Source: Selaginella moellendorffii
Lineage: Eukaryota > Plantae > Lycopodiophyta
Length of the DNA: 64,000 nt
Direction of reading: 5' to 3'
Assembly: GCF_000143415.4 (NCBI RefSeq)
Contig: NW_003314405.1
Coordinates: forward strand, 82,282-146,281
Each line of letters begins with the position of its first letter. The stretch's first letter is position 1. Shown here piece by piece: positions 34,658-47,600 of this stretch. The position numbers and the translations under genes are program-made. The notes beneath the pieces are model-generated. The model saw only the letters and a list, made by a program, of their open reading frames with translations. It was not told the origin of the DNA and did no database searches.

Positions 34658-35530
34658 GTAGCAAATAGGATAGAGGAGATGGATGATTCAAAGACCTGGG
34701 TCCTCGTTCACAGAGACAATGGCACAGACGATTGCACATTAGCATGGAGCCCGTGTGATGGAGAACGTCTCATGATCCCGGAGCAGTTAATTGGAAGCCA
34801 TGGGCTACGCTTGGCCCCTTCCTGCCACGAAATGGGTCCATTCTCTTTGCTGCTCGACAGATATCATGATCAGCTCTACGTTGCGTACGAAGGAAGCCAC
34901 GGTTGCTTTCTCTACGTCTCCTCCACCGGGAGCTGGCAGCCTCTGTTAGATGTTGGAGGGGAAAAAGACGTCGAGCTTGAGTTAATGGACGCTCAAGAGG
35001 TGAGGGAGATTGGAAATACGTACATTCCATCCGTCTACTACAACCCCAAAAATCAATCATACAAGCGCTTGCCGGCGGTGCCAGATAATGTTCGTCTTAA
35101 GGGTGTCCACTGGCACGAGGGCAGCTTCTACATGATGTCTTGCATACCTTTTGAAGAGTTTCAGGTCTTCAGCTGGCAGGGTGGTGAAGAAGGGTGGCAA
35201 AAGGTTGCTGCACATCCCATATACCAGGATGGGGTTGACAGAGTAGGTGGTGACTTGTTTTGGTTTACGGCAGGTGGTCGCTACGCTTGCATATCTCAGG
35301 GGAATATGAGCTATCCGGATATAGACTCTGGTCGCTTCATTGTGGTCTACGACTTGGAGGAGAGGCAGTGGCATTACCACACCATGCATGCTGATTCTGG
35401 ATTTGGTATTCCAAATGTTGTTGTGTGCAACCGCGTTCCAGAGCTTGGTGATTTGGAGGCTACCACCTTCAATGCAGTTTGGGCTGAAGATCGTGTACTT
35501 CTGCAGCTACCGCCCATTTCTTCTGCATGA
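34538..35530 (+). CDS. Kelch/F-box-associated beta-propeller-like protein, 330 aa, no evident F-box
   Basis: YYNPKNQSYKRLPAVP, VFSWQGGEEGWQKV, VVYDLEERQWHY blade-like motifs; intronless. Confidence 0.6.
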   Translation: MGRLVASFWAPGKGGDDGESEIVSDPGLELFPSAKGSAVKVANRIEEMDDSKTWVLVHRDNGTDDCTLAWSPCDGERLMIPEQLIGSHGLRLAPSCHEMGPFSLLLDRYHDQLYVAYEGSHGCFLYVSSTGSWQPLLDVGGEKDVELELMDAQEVREIGNTYIPSVYYNPKNQSYKRLPAVPDNVRLKGVHWHEGSFYMMSCIPFEEFQVFSWQGGEEGWQKVAAHPIYQDGVDRVGGDLFWFTAGGRYACISQGNMSYPDIDSGRFIVVYDLEERQWHYHTMHADSGFGIPNVVVCNRVPELGDLEATTFNAVWAEDRVLLQLPPISSA

Positions 35531-36264
35531 CTTTTGATGCAATAGCATGTTAATGCTTGTTGTTTAAATTGAAATCCAACTCACGAAAGTGCACTGAGCA
35601 CGGTGTTTATTTTGTCACAGGCCTCGAGAGCATGGCTAAGGAAATACATCCATGGTCTTCCTAGTCACAGCTCAATGACGGCTAACGAGAAAGCGTCGCA
35701 CGGGCATGAAGCAGATGTGGATGAACTTCGGGCATACATGAGTTTTTCTCCTGAATGCCACATTTACTGTAGATGTGGATGATCAAGTTTGAGAGGCGAG
35801 TGACATGTTCAAGTTTGTCTGTCAGATCTTGTCTATTGGACGGTGCAGCACAAGACCATCAAGAGTCGAGACCGGTGTTTGATCCAGTATGAGGAGATCC
35901 GGGAGAGGGAAAGGAGATCAAGAAGATTTTCCTTGACATGGCTGTGCTGGTGGAAGCTCATTGAGATATGATCACATGGCGGCCAACTACGTCGACAGGG
36001 AACTCGCAGCCACTATGCCAGAGGAGCTCCCGGAAGTGCGCGCTCATTGCGATCATCCTGCTGCTGCTGGTGCTCATGGTTACGACTCACCATTCTTCCT
36101 CGCGTGATAACGAGAAAGATCCACCGACTTTGAGACCTCCAGCGTACATCCTTGGACCCTGTCCCTGACTACGAAGCTGGAAGAAACGTTTTACGAGTGA
36201 AGTCGATCGAGAACCGCAAGCAACAAGAGCTTTTAGTTCAAAGAACCGAAGTGTATATATATTC

Positions 36265-38281
36265 TCATACCGGAGGGGCCTGTGCTGCGACTTCCACAGC
36301 GTAAATCCGGGCCCATCGGTCGGACGCGAGGATAACATCCAGGCTTGGCTCCTTGACAAAATCTCACTCGTGCGTTTTGCAAGTCTTCTCGATCAATCTG
36401 ATGATGTCGAAATAACCAATCATGAGAAAAGAATCCTTGGAAACCAACTATTTTGCTTACTTCTCGTCTAGGAAGAGCTCCACTGCTTTCTCGTTGGCCG
36501 CACTCATGACTCCTGTCATGGTTCCTCCCATTCTTCCAGCTGTGTAGGATATGTCCATGGATGGATCCTTTGCTCGGTCGGGAGCTTTGAACGTTAGCGA
36601 TCCAGTCCTGTTTCAAAGCTCCGGTGTGAATAAATGTTTCCAAACGACAAGGTGATAAAATGTGAAGCTTACTTGCCTTGGCCAGGTGATTTCTGAGCAT
36701 GGAATCCTATCCGGCCGTGTAACGAATAGGTAGTCGCATGTCAGGCCGCCCCAATTGCACCAGAATGGAGGAATCCTGTATTTAATAGTTGTGTGTTGAC
36801 GCAGCATTCAACTAATATTACCTGTGTCTTGATTATGGAGGGTATAATCGATTGGGGATGGATAACAATGTCAATGTCATCATAGTCAGCTCCAAACAAA
36901 TAGTGAGCTTCAATGACCTCAAGTCCCTGCCAGCAGAAGATGTTAGTTCAAATGTTTTTTATACCTTGTTCATCAAGGTTGCCGAATCCACTGTAATTTT
37001 CTTTCCCATACTCCAGTTTGGATGCTTCAGCGCATCTGCTGGTTTGACGTCCTTGAGCCTTTCCACTGGCCAGTCCCTGATTTTTAAAGAGAAGTTCAGT
37101 TTGGATTGGTAAAGTATAACGAACCTGAACGCCCCACCAGATGCTGTGAGAGAAATCCTACGCATTCCGCCCTCTGGAAGCCCCTGAATGCACTGAAATA
37201 CGCATGGTTGAATGTTAGAAACAAGCACTGTTGGAGGAAAGAAAATACATCACCTGGAAAATTGCGGAATGTTCTGAGTCCGCAGGTAGGATGTTGATTC
37301 CGTGTTTCTTTGCAAGAGGTAGAACATATGGACCGCCGGCTATGAGAGTTTCCTTGTTGGCTAGAGCAATATCCTTTCCAGCTGCTATTGCTGCTACTGT
37401 AGGCTGCAAAGAATATTATTGTACATGTTCAAGTGCTTGATGTACGCTTACCTTGAGGCCAGCACAACCAACGATTCCTGCCACAACTTCTACTGCCTCT
37501 GGATGACACGCTATCTGAAGGGCAAAAAAAGCAAACACAAGAGAAAAAAAGAAAGAGAAAGAACAACTGAGAAAATCGAAGTACCTGTACAATTCCTTCG
37601 TCCCAACGACAATCTCTGGTTTTTCGTCAAGATCAGCAATGGCTTCTTTCAATTCTGTCTCGAATCCCAACCATGCTTGGTTTGAATCTCCTGACCTGTT
37701 GATTGGCAGTGTAAGCTCGTATAAAACAGATACGACGGCCGACCAATTCGTAGTTTACCTGATCAGCAACAAGTGTAACGTTTGAGCCAGCAGCCAGGCC
37801 AACAACTTTGAATCTGTCAGGGTTTTCCAAGACGATGTCAAGTGTCTGGCACAACACCACGTTAGCATCCTCATCGCTTGCATTCTAACCTGTGTGCCGA
37901 CGGAGCCCGTGGATCCAAGAAGTGAAATGGGCTTTGGTCCATCCCAGGATCTTTTCCTAGCTCCATCCACCATTGCTCTGCCTGGCCAAGCTGAAGGAGG
38001 ATCATTTGACGACAGCGTATCTTAGAGGAACCAGCATTTCTTGGGTACTCCTGCGTACTGGAGGAGGTACCACATTGAGCGCCTGCAAACATGCAAAGCT
38101 AGAACGAATGAGCACTGTCGCTGTCGAAAACGTGTCTCACACACCTGTTACTGCCAATTTCCTTCCTGTGAAACACGACCTGGAGCTCGAGCTCAGCTGC
38201 TGCAAATCCCCCTAGAAAGAAATTTCCACATCCATGAGAAATCCCAGCTCCAGAAAAGCATTTGCTAAAGACAGCCTCCAA
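36265..38281 (-). pseudogene. DXR: 1-deoxy-D-xylulose 5-phosphate reductoisomerase pseudogene (near full length, introns retained)
   Basis: [70 protein letters not shown]. Frameshift plus stop after GIRD (~37655), frameshift at ~36718, stop in the last exon (THE*DF), TTG at the apparent start. Confidence 0.9.
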
Positions 38282-38379
38282 AGCGATCGGCAGCTCCCAG
38301 AAATCGCTAGACGCGCGGTCAATCGCTCGAAATATCGCAGCCTTTGCAACGACAAACCAAGAGCCCTAAACTTCCTTAT

Positions 38380-38640
38380 CGCCGGAAGGGAGCACTACTG
38401 CTGCGTGGCTGACATCCTGGGAAGAGTTGGGAAGTTAACGGAGGCTCACGAGTTGCTGAATTCGGTGCCTCTCAGGCCTGGAGCTATCGGCTGGATATCC
38501 TTCGTTGGAGCTTGCATCACACACTCGGATGGCATTAGCTCCGGAGTCGAGGGAGCGGAGAATGTTTTGGAGACGACTCACTCCAAAAGTCTGGGGAAGC
38601 ACTTGCCTTACGTGATGCTGGCAAACGTTTTGAAGGAAAC
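38380..38640 (+). pseudogene. Isolated C-terminal PPR S2/E-domain fragment
   Basis: REHYCCVADILGRVGKLTEAHELL...GWISFVGAC...PYVMLANV with no upstream PPR array. Confidence 0.7.
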
Positions 38641-38965
38641 ACCAACATATGCTTTTTGCTTAATTCTTTTTGTTCTTTGGCAGGGATGGATTACGGTTCT
38701 TCTTCATGAGACAATCAAGGCGCTCTACAACTCCTTTCACCACTGTTATGGTGAATAGGATTTACTTTTTACAATTGATGCAATCTTGAAAGTCCAGTCC
38801 TTGCCCTTTATGATCCATTTTATATCTTAATACTAAGAAAATAAAAAAAATAAATGTTATAAAAAAAATATATCATTTACCTCGTGATCACAAAATGATA
38901 CGAACGGCCACTCCTGCGCATTCCACCACATAGAACCCAACTTGTAGAACCTAGCTTGTGATGAT

Positions 38966-39288
38966 AAGAGCAGTAAGTAATGAAGGTATGTCTATCTTGG
39001 GGACAGAGGTGTTTGATATTTCCATCTTCAACCCTGGGCATATGCCAATCAATACCAAGCAGCTTCTCAGATAGCGCCAAGTCCAAGAGCTCCTCAGTGT
39101 AAGCCATAGATCCTAGATAATTAGGTTGGGGTCTTTAGGGATTTCAGGACCATGGTTACACTCGCCCGTTGAATAGTCATGGCATCTTTCTGGGTGCCAC
39201 AGAAGGGTGGTGGTGATGATGGGTTGGAGATTGTCTCTGATCCAGGGCTGGAGCTGTTTCCATCAACTAAAAGTTCAGCAGTTAAAAG
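38966..39288. repeat. Direct repeat copy B (partner of 34313-34657)
   Basis: Same blocks as copy A with several C>T/G>A differences; both gene starts it carries are truncated. Confidence 0.9.
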
Positions 39289-41149
39289 GACATTACATGG
39301 GATGACGTGGAGGATGATATTTATAGTTAGAGATATATAATTAATTATATGGCTCACAGAAAATTCAAAAATAAAAAAAGGTGAAAAATAAGAGCGCCAA
39401 TAAAAAAATTAACAAGAATCTATCATAATAAGGAGGAGTTGCCGAACTTTCTGAGCCACCAGATCCAGCCAATCGTCCAATGGAGGGTGTGTTAGTGAAT
39501 AATTGCACTGATGTTTGCTCCTGGCCAATGGGAGGTGGCCAAATCACAAGTGGTGGGAGAGGAAGGCTTAACGATGCATGTCGTATGCAAATGTGTTGAC
39601 TATAGCTGCACTTGTCTAGGCATCATGATCGCTCAAGTAACAGCAGCAGCCCAAGGCCACGAGGAAGATCTGGTGACTGGAGCAGGATTGATCAGGTGAC
39701 AGTGTGCCAGTTTGGAAGAGTTCTAGACGTGGTGACCAGGTATCTTTCTCTCTTTTTCTTTTTAACCATTTTGGCGATGAATGCAAGGGCATTTTGCGCT
39801 CCTCCAGGTACTAGGCTCGGGCCGGCAGCAACATTGCTTGAACAAGAGGGCTGTAGAAAGATCAGGGATCAAGCAGCTAAAGAAAAACTATAACCAGGTT
39901 ATACTTCTCAAGATCGTCTCCTAGGACCGCCAGGAGCTTTTTAGGAAGCAATGCAGAGAGCCCATCATCAAGAAATCCATTGAGAACAGGGAATTTTTGC
40001 TAGGAAACCATTTGAACTGGAGAACACAGCTAGGAAAGCAGCCATGCTTTTTCGGCAAAGTCCCAAACCCGGTGAAAGTATGAGATCCCTCATTTCTTTG
40101 TCATAACTCAAGAAATCCAACCCTTTCGACTCAGATTTTCCCTTCACCTGTGTGCCTAGCCTGATCCTGTGCTGCTGCTGCTGCTGTTGGAGTGCTTGAT
40201 GCTCTCGAAAATCTAGCATAGACTACAAGGAAACTTTTGTCACCGGAGATCTCTTGGCAACCAGAGGGGGATTGAAATCCATGGCACTCTTGTGGTCAAT
40301 CCATAGCCACTGATCATGATTTCCATGCCTTAGATCAGCTCAGCACTTGGAGAGACGAAATTTCATTGCTTACACTATACTGCAAGAGCTCCACTGTGAT
40401 TGACCACTACTTACTGGTAAGAAGAGAATCATTTAATTTTCATAGCCAAGCTTTCTTACTGTTGCTCTGTAGTGGCATTGGAGATTCTTGAGCTATGGCA
40501 ACCAATCTGACACCGCTACTGCTGTAGCTAAGGTAGCAACAAACCTCGATACCTTGCGATGCTGATTGCCCAAAAGGGCCAGATCCAATCCATCACACTT
40601 TTTTAGCTCTTGCTTCACATAACCCTAAATCTCATGATTAAGTTTTGGGCTTGAGGGCACTGCCAGGAATCACAACAACTTACAACATAAGGTCAATCTT
40701 TCTTCTTAGTTTGTGGCACACCCTTCATTGGCAAGCAATTGGAAGACCCTAGACAGGCACAGAGAACCAAGCACACAACAAGTTCATGTTTGTTTATATC
40801 CTTAGCCTCTATAAGGATATACATCTCTCTTACATATTTCTCTTGCAAATTCAAGTTTGTTTACAAACATGAACTTGTATAAGCTATAGTTTTCTAGCTT
40901 TGTACTTGAAAATTTCAATGCCTCGCCTTTGTCATTTTCTTATAACTATAAGAAAAGCCAATCATTTTGATAAGAATTTCGATACCAACAATTCTGATAA
41001 ACATCCGAGCCACTTCAAATTACTTCAGATCAAAATGAAATATATACATATCAAGCAATATCCACTACACCATCACCACCTTCACAAACGACACTAGCAA
41101 GTCATACTATTTACAAAGATTAAAAAATTTCAACTTTTGAAATTAGTCT

Positions 41150-43410
41150 TTTATTATCTACTTGTGTTTTTTGTAATGCATCACATTTTAAAGATGAGAA
41201 CATTGCTATATGTTGTTAACATGGTCAAGTGATATTGCCACCTGTATTACCTTTGCCAAATACTTTATTTATGCTTTACAAGCAAAACAAAAACTCAAAT
41301 TTCAGAACTAATATTAGACACTATAATAGTGCCTTTGCATTTGCATCAATGGCTACTAACACTAACACTTTAAGGGGTAATGGTCCTTAATTAAAAAATT
41401 AATTATGAAACAACATTTTCATTTAATGGATATTCAGATTATTATAGACCAAACAATAGATGTACAGTTTTTAAAAATGGTTGTCATATGGATTGTACCT
41501 TATAACAAGTACCTTTATAAAAAATATAAATATTGAAATATGTGCAACTATAAAACATATTAAATATTTATTTCAATATGTTTACAAAGGCTATAACTGA
41601 AATCCATTCAACAACTCAACAATATGATAATAGTTTAAACTGAGGTGAAATTTTAAATTTTCTAAATACCTATTATATTTCTGCTCTATATGCTATATGG
41701 AGACTTTTTCAATTTAAAATGCATAACCATTCAACACCTTTAACTTGTCTTCTTGTTCATTTGAAAAATTTTCAAAATATCTATTTCATTGAAGGTAATG
41801 AGCAAATTGAACTTCAAAAAGCTGCTCAAAATGGTATTATATTAACAAAATGGTTTGAATTAAATAGATATGATATAAATACAAGGCAGTATACGTATCC
41901 TGAAATTCCTCTACATTATATATTTAAAAAACACACTCACCAGTGGCAAATTAAATATCAACAAAATGGTATCTCACTTGTGTATTATATTTCCCCATCT
42001 ACTATTGAACTTTATCATTTATGTTTTATATTGTTTTATAAAAGAGGGGCTAATTCTTTTAACGATCTAAAAATAAGTCATAATACTTATTTCGAAACAT
42101 TTCAATTGACTGCATCTGCTATGAGACTTCTAGCAGCTGATACAAAATGGGAAAAATGTTTAGAAGATGTTTGCTCTTTCAAAATGCCACCATAATTAAG
42201 ACAATTATTTACTTTTTTATGTGTCTTTTATAGTCCAAAAAATCTTTATTCCTTATGGGAAAAATTCAAAAACTCTTATTTTGAAGATTTTGTGCTAATA
42301 GATCCATTAGTTTGTTATGAGCGTGCTTTATATGATATAAATAGGAAATTCAATTTATATAGAAAATCCAATCAAGACTATAAATTGTCTTTATGTTGAT
42401 ACAGATAATCATATTAATTTAACACAATTCATTCATTCTGTAGAACAAAGTTTACTTCAATTTAATAATGAAAAATAGATTATATACAATGATATCCTCA
42501 GTATGATTAACAACCCAACCGAGAAAAATTGATATATTTTCATCAATGGTCCTGGTGGTATTAGTAAAATTTTTCTCTTTAACACTTTTATACATATGTG
42601 TCAACTTCTAAATAAAATGTAATTAGTATGGCTTAAATAGGTATTGCAAGCACTTTATTGCATAATGGTATATAACTTTTAAACTTCCTGTTCTAATAAA
42701 TAAAACTTCTACTTTTGCTATTACAGTTAATAGTGAGGTAGGCCAGAAAATAAAAAATGCACATGTGTTAATATGGGATGAAATTAGTATGGTTCACACA
42801 CATGAATTTTTTGCCATTAACTTAGCATTACAAGATATAAAAAAAAATGATTTACTTTTTGGAAGAATTATTATTATTACAAGCGGTGACTTTAGACAAA
42901 CACTATCAATTATTCCACATAGTCATCGAGTACAAATTGTTTCAAATTCAGAAAAATGAATAGGATGTAATTATTACCATTTCCAATTTGAAGAAGCCAA
43001 TCAGCCCATATAGAATTATTTTCAATTAGTCTCATATTCTTTTTTAGTGGAAGTGTTCTAAAAAATTTCCATGAATTTACCCAATTTTTCAGAATCTATT
43101 ATATTACCTTACACACAAGTAATAATGTCTTCTATTGTTGATTTTGTTTTTCCATCTTTACAAGATATTTTAGACCCCTATGTTGCATTTAATAGAGTCA
43201 TACTTACCCCACTTAATGATGATATTTATCCCATTAATAATGCTATAATCTCTTCCTTATCTAGTGACATACATATTTATGAAAGTGTTGACTTTGTTGA
43301 TATTGAACACCTAGAAGATTTTTTTATTGAATTCCTAAATTCTATTACTCCTTCTGGTCTTCCACTATATAAACTCTTGCTTATAGAAGGTATTATCCTT
43401 ATTCTATTAA
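41150..43410 (+). mobile_element. Decayed Helitron RepHel (PIF1-like helicase) relic
   Basis: RHYNSAFAFASM, KYLFQYVYKG, LTKWFELN...YTYPEIP, decayed Walker A FINGPGG, LIWDEISM, GDFRQTL, ILTPLN, EFLNSITPSGLP; many stops; AT-rich. Confidence 0.88.
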
Positions 43411-43469
43411 AAGAAGCCCACATTCTCACGATCAGATCTCACTTGGATCGGCCTTCCTAAAGTAACGTC

Positions 43470-44075
43470 CTGGACAAAGTGAGGGGCATATTGCCATTCT
43501 TGATATAGCCCCTGAATTCACTCAAAAGCCTGTTCTTAGTCCCTTATCTGCTCCAACTTTGCTTGGCGACTCCTCGGGGATTTGCTGATACAGGTGCCTG
43601 ACTATGAAGAGTGCGGTGTCTAGATCGTGCCAGTAGTTCCTGTGAGAAGAAGCCAATGCTTATAAGCAAATCAAGGAAGAACAACAAGGAGTTTACGTGT
43701 GTCACTGTTATGTACTGGTGCTCGAGTGTTGAATCCTTTGATCCACAGGAGAACTTTGTCAATGACATAATAGCAAAGAGTAGAACTTACCTGTAGCATG
43801 AAGTCGACTCTACCGTCAGGACTTCCAGACAGCCTTTCTGCTACCATATCATCCTAGCTTCTCTCCTCTTTAGTGGGATTCCCCTGCAAGAACTGCATAA
43901 CTCTAAGGACACAAGAAGCATACATTTTCATCCCGACCTTAGAAACTCACTTGTCACGCAAAAGCTCAATCAGTGGAAGCCTCCTCTGCATATTCTTTCC
44001 ACCATAAAGCGACTAGCTCCTCTTCTCTCTGGCAAAAGAGGAAGAAAGGATCAAAGCTGAAAGCACTAGAATTGA
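43470..44075 (-). pseudogene. Internally deleted partial duplicate of the neighbouring SGR2/DDHD gene
   Basis: About 43470-43955 aligns by eye to about 47897-48412, introns included. About 43990-44075 aligns to about 50850-50930. Confidence 0.9.
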
Positions 44076-44588
44076 CCGGGAATACAAAAGATTGATATAC
44101 ATTGTCCACTCTTGCAAGAGTTAATTAGAAGCAACATTCCTGGGACGGAACCATTTTAGACAAGCTTTCAGGAAGTTGGGAAATGCATTGACCTGCATGG
44201 ATAGAGGAAGTATCTCAGATGCAATCTCAACTATCTGTACTTGACCTGCAATTTGTATGAGTAGTGATATTTCCCAGGTAACATACTCACTTACGTCGTT
44301 GCTGAAGAGGTCAGCATTGGTGCTCAAAAGGATTTCTTGAAGGCTAGATAAGAAGACTGGATCACGTCATTGTATTCATGGCATAGCGCATCACCACCAT
44401 TACGATTTTTCTGTCCTGGAAATGAACTGGGTACATGAGAGATCAAAAGGAAAAGGAACGAGAGAGGTAAAGAAACAAAGACTTACTTCAAAAGGACTTT
44501 GCTATTGATCAGCTGGAGCTTCTCACTCCCTCCCTATGACATCCAGCAGCGGCTCCATGCTCTTGCATGTAGGTACAGCGGCGAGGAG

Positions 44589-46622
44589 TGTTGTGATGTG
44601 GGTGGAAAGAACGCTCATGAGCTCGTTCCGACATGACTTATGACCACGTGGACATGCCACTTCAGCTGACATCTAGACACTCCCATTCTGGCTCGATCAG
44701 CTGAGAGGATGGACTACCCCTCCCACGCAGCCCAAACAAGAGGAGAGCAGACTCCCAGTGCAGCGCGATGGCGTTCAAAGGAGTCTCGAGCCAAAGCCTT
44801 CGTGAGTATATCAGCCACCATTGCCTCAGTGGGGCAATATTCCAGCGACAACTTTCCATTTTGGACTTGTTCCCACACGTAGTGGAAACGAATCTCGATG
44901 TGTTCCTAGAATGGAAGCGAGGATTGGCGGCCAGTGCAAGAGCTATCCGGCCGGTGCAAGCAGGAATCTGGGGCAGGTCCTGGGTCAACCAAATCGGTTT
45001 TTGCTGACAGCGGTTAGGGCAACGTACTCTGCCTCTCTCGGCTGGCGCTTACTGCTCCAGGACACAGCAGCCCCATGGAGCAAGAATGCATACCCGGAGG
45101 TGGAGCGCCTTGAGTCCTGGTCGCCCGCCCAGTCCGCATCCGAGAACCCATGAAGTTCCTGTCGCCATAGTGAAGTTGCAAATGCAAGGTACCTCGAACG
45201 TAGCGGAAAATACGCGTCACAGCTTGCCAATGTGCAGGTCCAGGGTTCTCGAGGAACTGGGAAACCATCCCAACAGCATAGACGAGATCTGGTCACGTTC
45301 CCAGCATCAAAAAATGGATGGCTCAGCCTTTGACTCCAGCTTTCGGCGTTGCTTGTGCGCCTAGGCAACACAGCCAAAAATGCGGAGCTGATCGTAACCA
45401 GGTGCATGACCAATCCAAAGCTTATAAGGAGGCAGGGCACGTGTCGGCAACCAGTTTAGAACATAAACAGCCGTATTAACTGCCTCACCCCAGAAAGCAG
45501 CTGACATTCCCTCATGAAGCAGCATACAGCGCGCAGCTTCTATAATGGTGCAATTCACCCTCTCGGCAGCACATTCTAGGCATGTGCATCATGGACAGCA
45601 AACTGGCACTGGATCCCAGCTTCAACACAAAACGTCTTGAATTCTCCAGAGACGAATTCTCCTCCATGATTGCAGTGGATCATATGAACTAAACAGCTGT
45701 AAAGATTTTCTACCAAAGCCTTGTTATGGCAGAAGCAGGAGAACACCTTTGACTTGTGAACACAATCAGGTACCTTGTGTAATCATCAGGAAGGTGAGTA
45801 CGTAACGTTTGCCTCCAACCATAATCAAACAAACTTCGGAGTGTACTAACTCAAGAACAGAACTTGCTCGAGAATGAGAGTCGAGAATGAGTCACCTTCC
45901 TAGATGATTACACGTGGTACCTGAACGTGTACCTGCTGGCTCACAAGTCAGAGGTGTTCTTCTGCTTCTGCCAATACAAGGCTTTGGTAGAAAATCTTCA
46001 TGGTTTTTTGATTCATGTGCTCTGTTGTGATCATGGAGGAGAATTCGTCTTTGGAGAATTCGAGACGTTTTGTGCTAAAGCAGGAATCCAGCACTAGTTT
46101 GCTGTCCCTGATGCACATGCCCAGAATGGTGTTGCCGAGAGGGTGAATCGCACCATCACAGAAGCTGCGCACTGTATGCTGCTAGGAATGCCGGCTGCTT
46201 TCTGGGGTGAGCAGTTAACACGGCTGTTTATGTTCGAAACCGGTCACCGACACGTGCCCTGCCTGGGAAGACCACTCCTATGAGCTTTGGACTGATCACG
46301 CAACTGGTTACGATCATCTCCACATTTTTGGCTGTTTTGCCTACACACACGCCCTTGAAGTAAGTGTTCATCAGCTCTTCAGGTCTCACTGGAGGAGCTT
46401 TGGGCAGAGGCATAGCTGGAGGGCGTGGAAACTTGCTGTGCAGGAAAGCAGTGCAGGATCGTCCCCAGAACATTTGGGCAAGAATGCATGCCAAATTTAA
46501 TAATCCAATACCATGTTGTGATGTGAAAAGGAGTGGACACAACACTCACGAGCTTGTTCATTGTGTTCAACTCTTTTTACATGACTCAAGGGACATGACT
46601 CATGACCACGTGGACATGCCAC
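44589..46622 (-). mobile_element. Non-autonomous Copia with ~90-110 bp LTRs and an internal inverted duplication of the integrase region
   Basis: LTR-like copies 44589-44679 and 46514-46622 (tgttgtgatgtg...gaccacgtggacatgccac). On the - strand, PBS-like TGGTATTGG at 46513-46505 and purine tract AGAATGGGAG next to the left LTR. RNase [21 protein letters not shown]; integrase AFWGEAVNTAVY. Confidence 0.82.
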
Positions 46623-47530
46623 GTCTCGGGAGAATCCAGGCTGTGCTGAAAACCGGCCCGTTCGATCGAAATAGATATCGATTTCTTCGACTCCATCTGT
46701 GAGCTCTTCGCACTCTGAAAAAGAAAAATTTAGCTGGGCCTTGCCAACATTGTGACCTTGCCAATATATTTCTTTATTCTAGCCAGATATCCGGCCAACA
46801 GATTCCCGTGCAAAACAATCATTAGTAGCTTCTTAACGTATCTCTAATTTTCACATGAATTGCGGGCGGGCATGGCGCGGAATGTTCCCTGCTCACGGAC
46901 AGAGTAATTTCCGTACAGAAGTTGCTCATCAAGGCACCCAATTTCTTGCGAAGTGTTCTTAGGAAGAGCTCCAAGTTTCCTGACAATAACAAGGAAAAAG
47001 ATCATCATCGAGCATTCACTCACTTGCAAAAACTCCAGGGTTGCATTGTCAGCACAGATCAGTACCCTAGATTCAGGCATTGAAGAGAAGTACTCAATCA
47101 CTGGGCAGTGTTTATGATCTCCAATCTGCCAAATTTCTAGAAAACACTCTTAAACTCCAACTCTTGCAACTTCGCATAGTTTCTGTCAGAATTGAATGGT
47201 GTGCTCCCCGAGACAAAAGCCGACAAAAGTAACCTTCCTGCCGCAAGGAAAACACTGTGACAACATCGGAGCGAGACAAATCCATTCCTCAAGTACTTCC
47301 AAGCAAAGCAAAATCTCTAGATAATGCTTGTAGTCTCGAGTCTCAATCCCTGCTGCATGCGCTTGTAGTGCTCTTGAGCTTTTCCATTCCAGAAACTCTC
47401 ATGAGTGAGACGCTCAAAACAAAAAGTTTTTAGTCGGGCCTTTCGCTATTTAATGAGGTAGCTGGGATTCGAGCCTACGATCTCTATCATGTCTTTGACC
47501 AAAGGATATGCTGCACCGATTCCTTGCCCT

Positions 47531-47578
47531 ATCCCACATGCCGGGGCGTCGATTGAGGGCACAAGAGCAGTATATAAA
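47531..47578 (+). promoter_or_regulatory. Plant snRNA promoter (USE plus TATA)
   Basis: ATCCCACATG at 47531 (USE consensus RTCCCACATCG) and TATATAAA at 47571, 30 nt before the U1 start. Confidence 0.85.
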
Positions 47579-47600
47579 GTAGGGCCTGGGGAAGAGATCC

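Noticed and set aside
39500-40700. Possible spliced gene remnant
   Set aside because: Only short ORFs without recognisable motifs.
47455-47535. tRNA-like sequence on the - strand upstream of U1
   Set aside because: The T-arm is mismatched (GGCTCGAATCC) and the 5' end overlaps the U1 USE; a tRNAscan-SE run would be needed.
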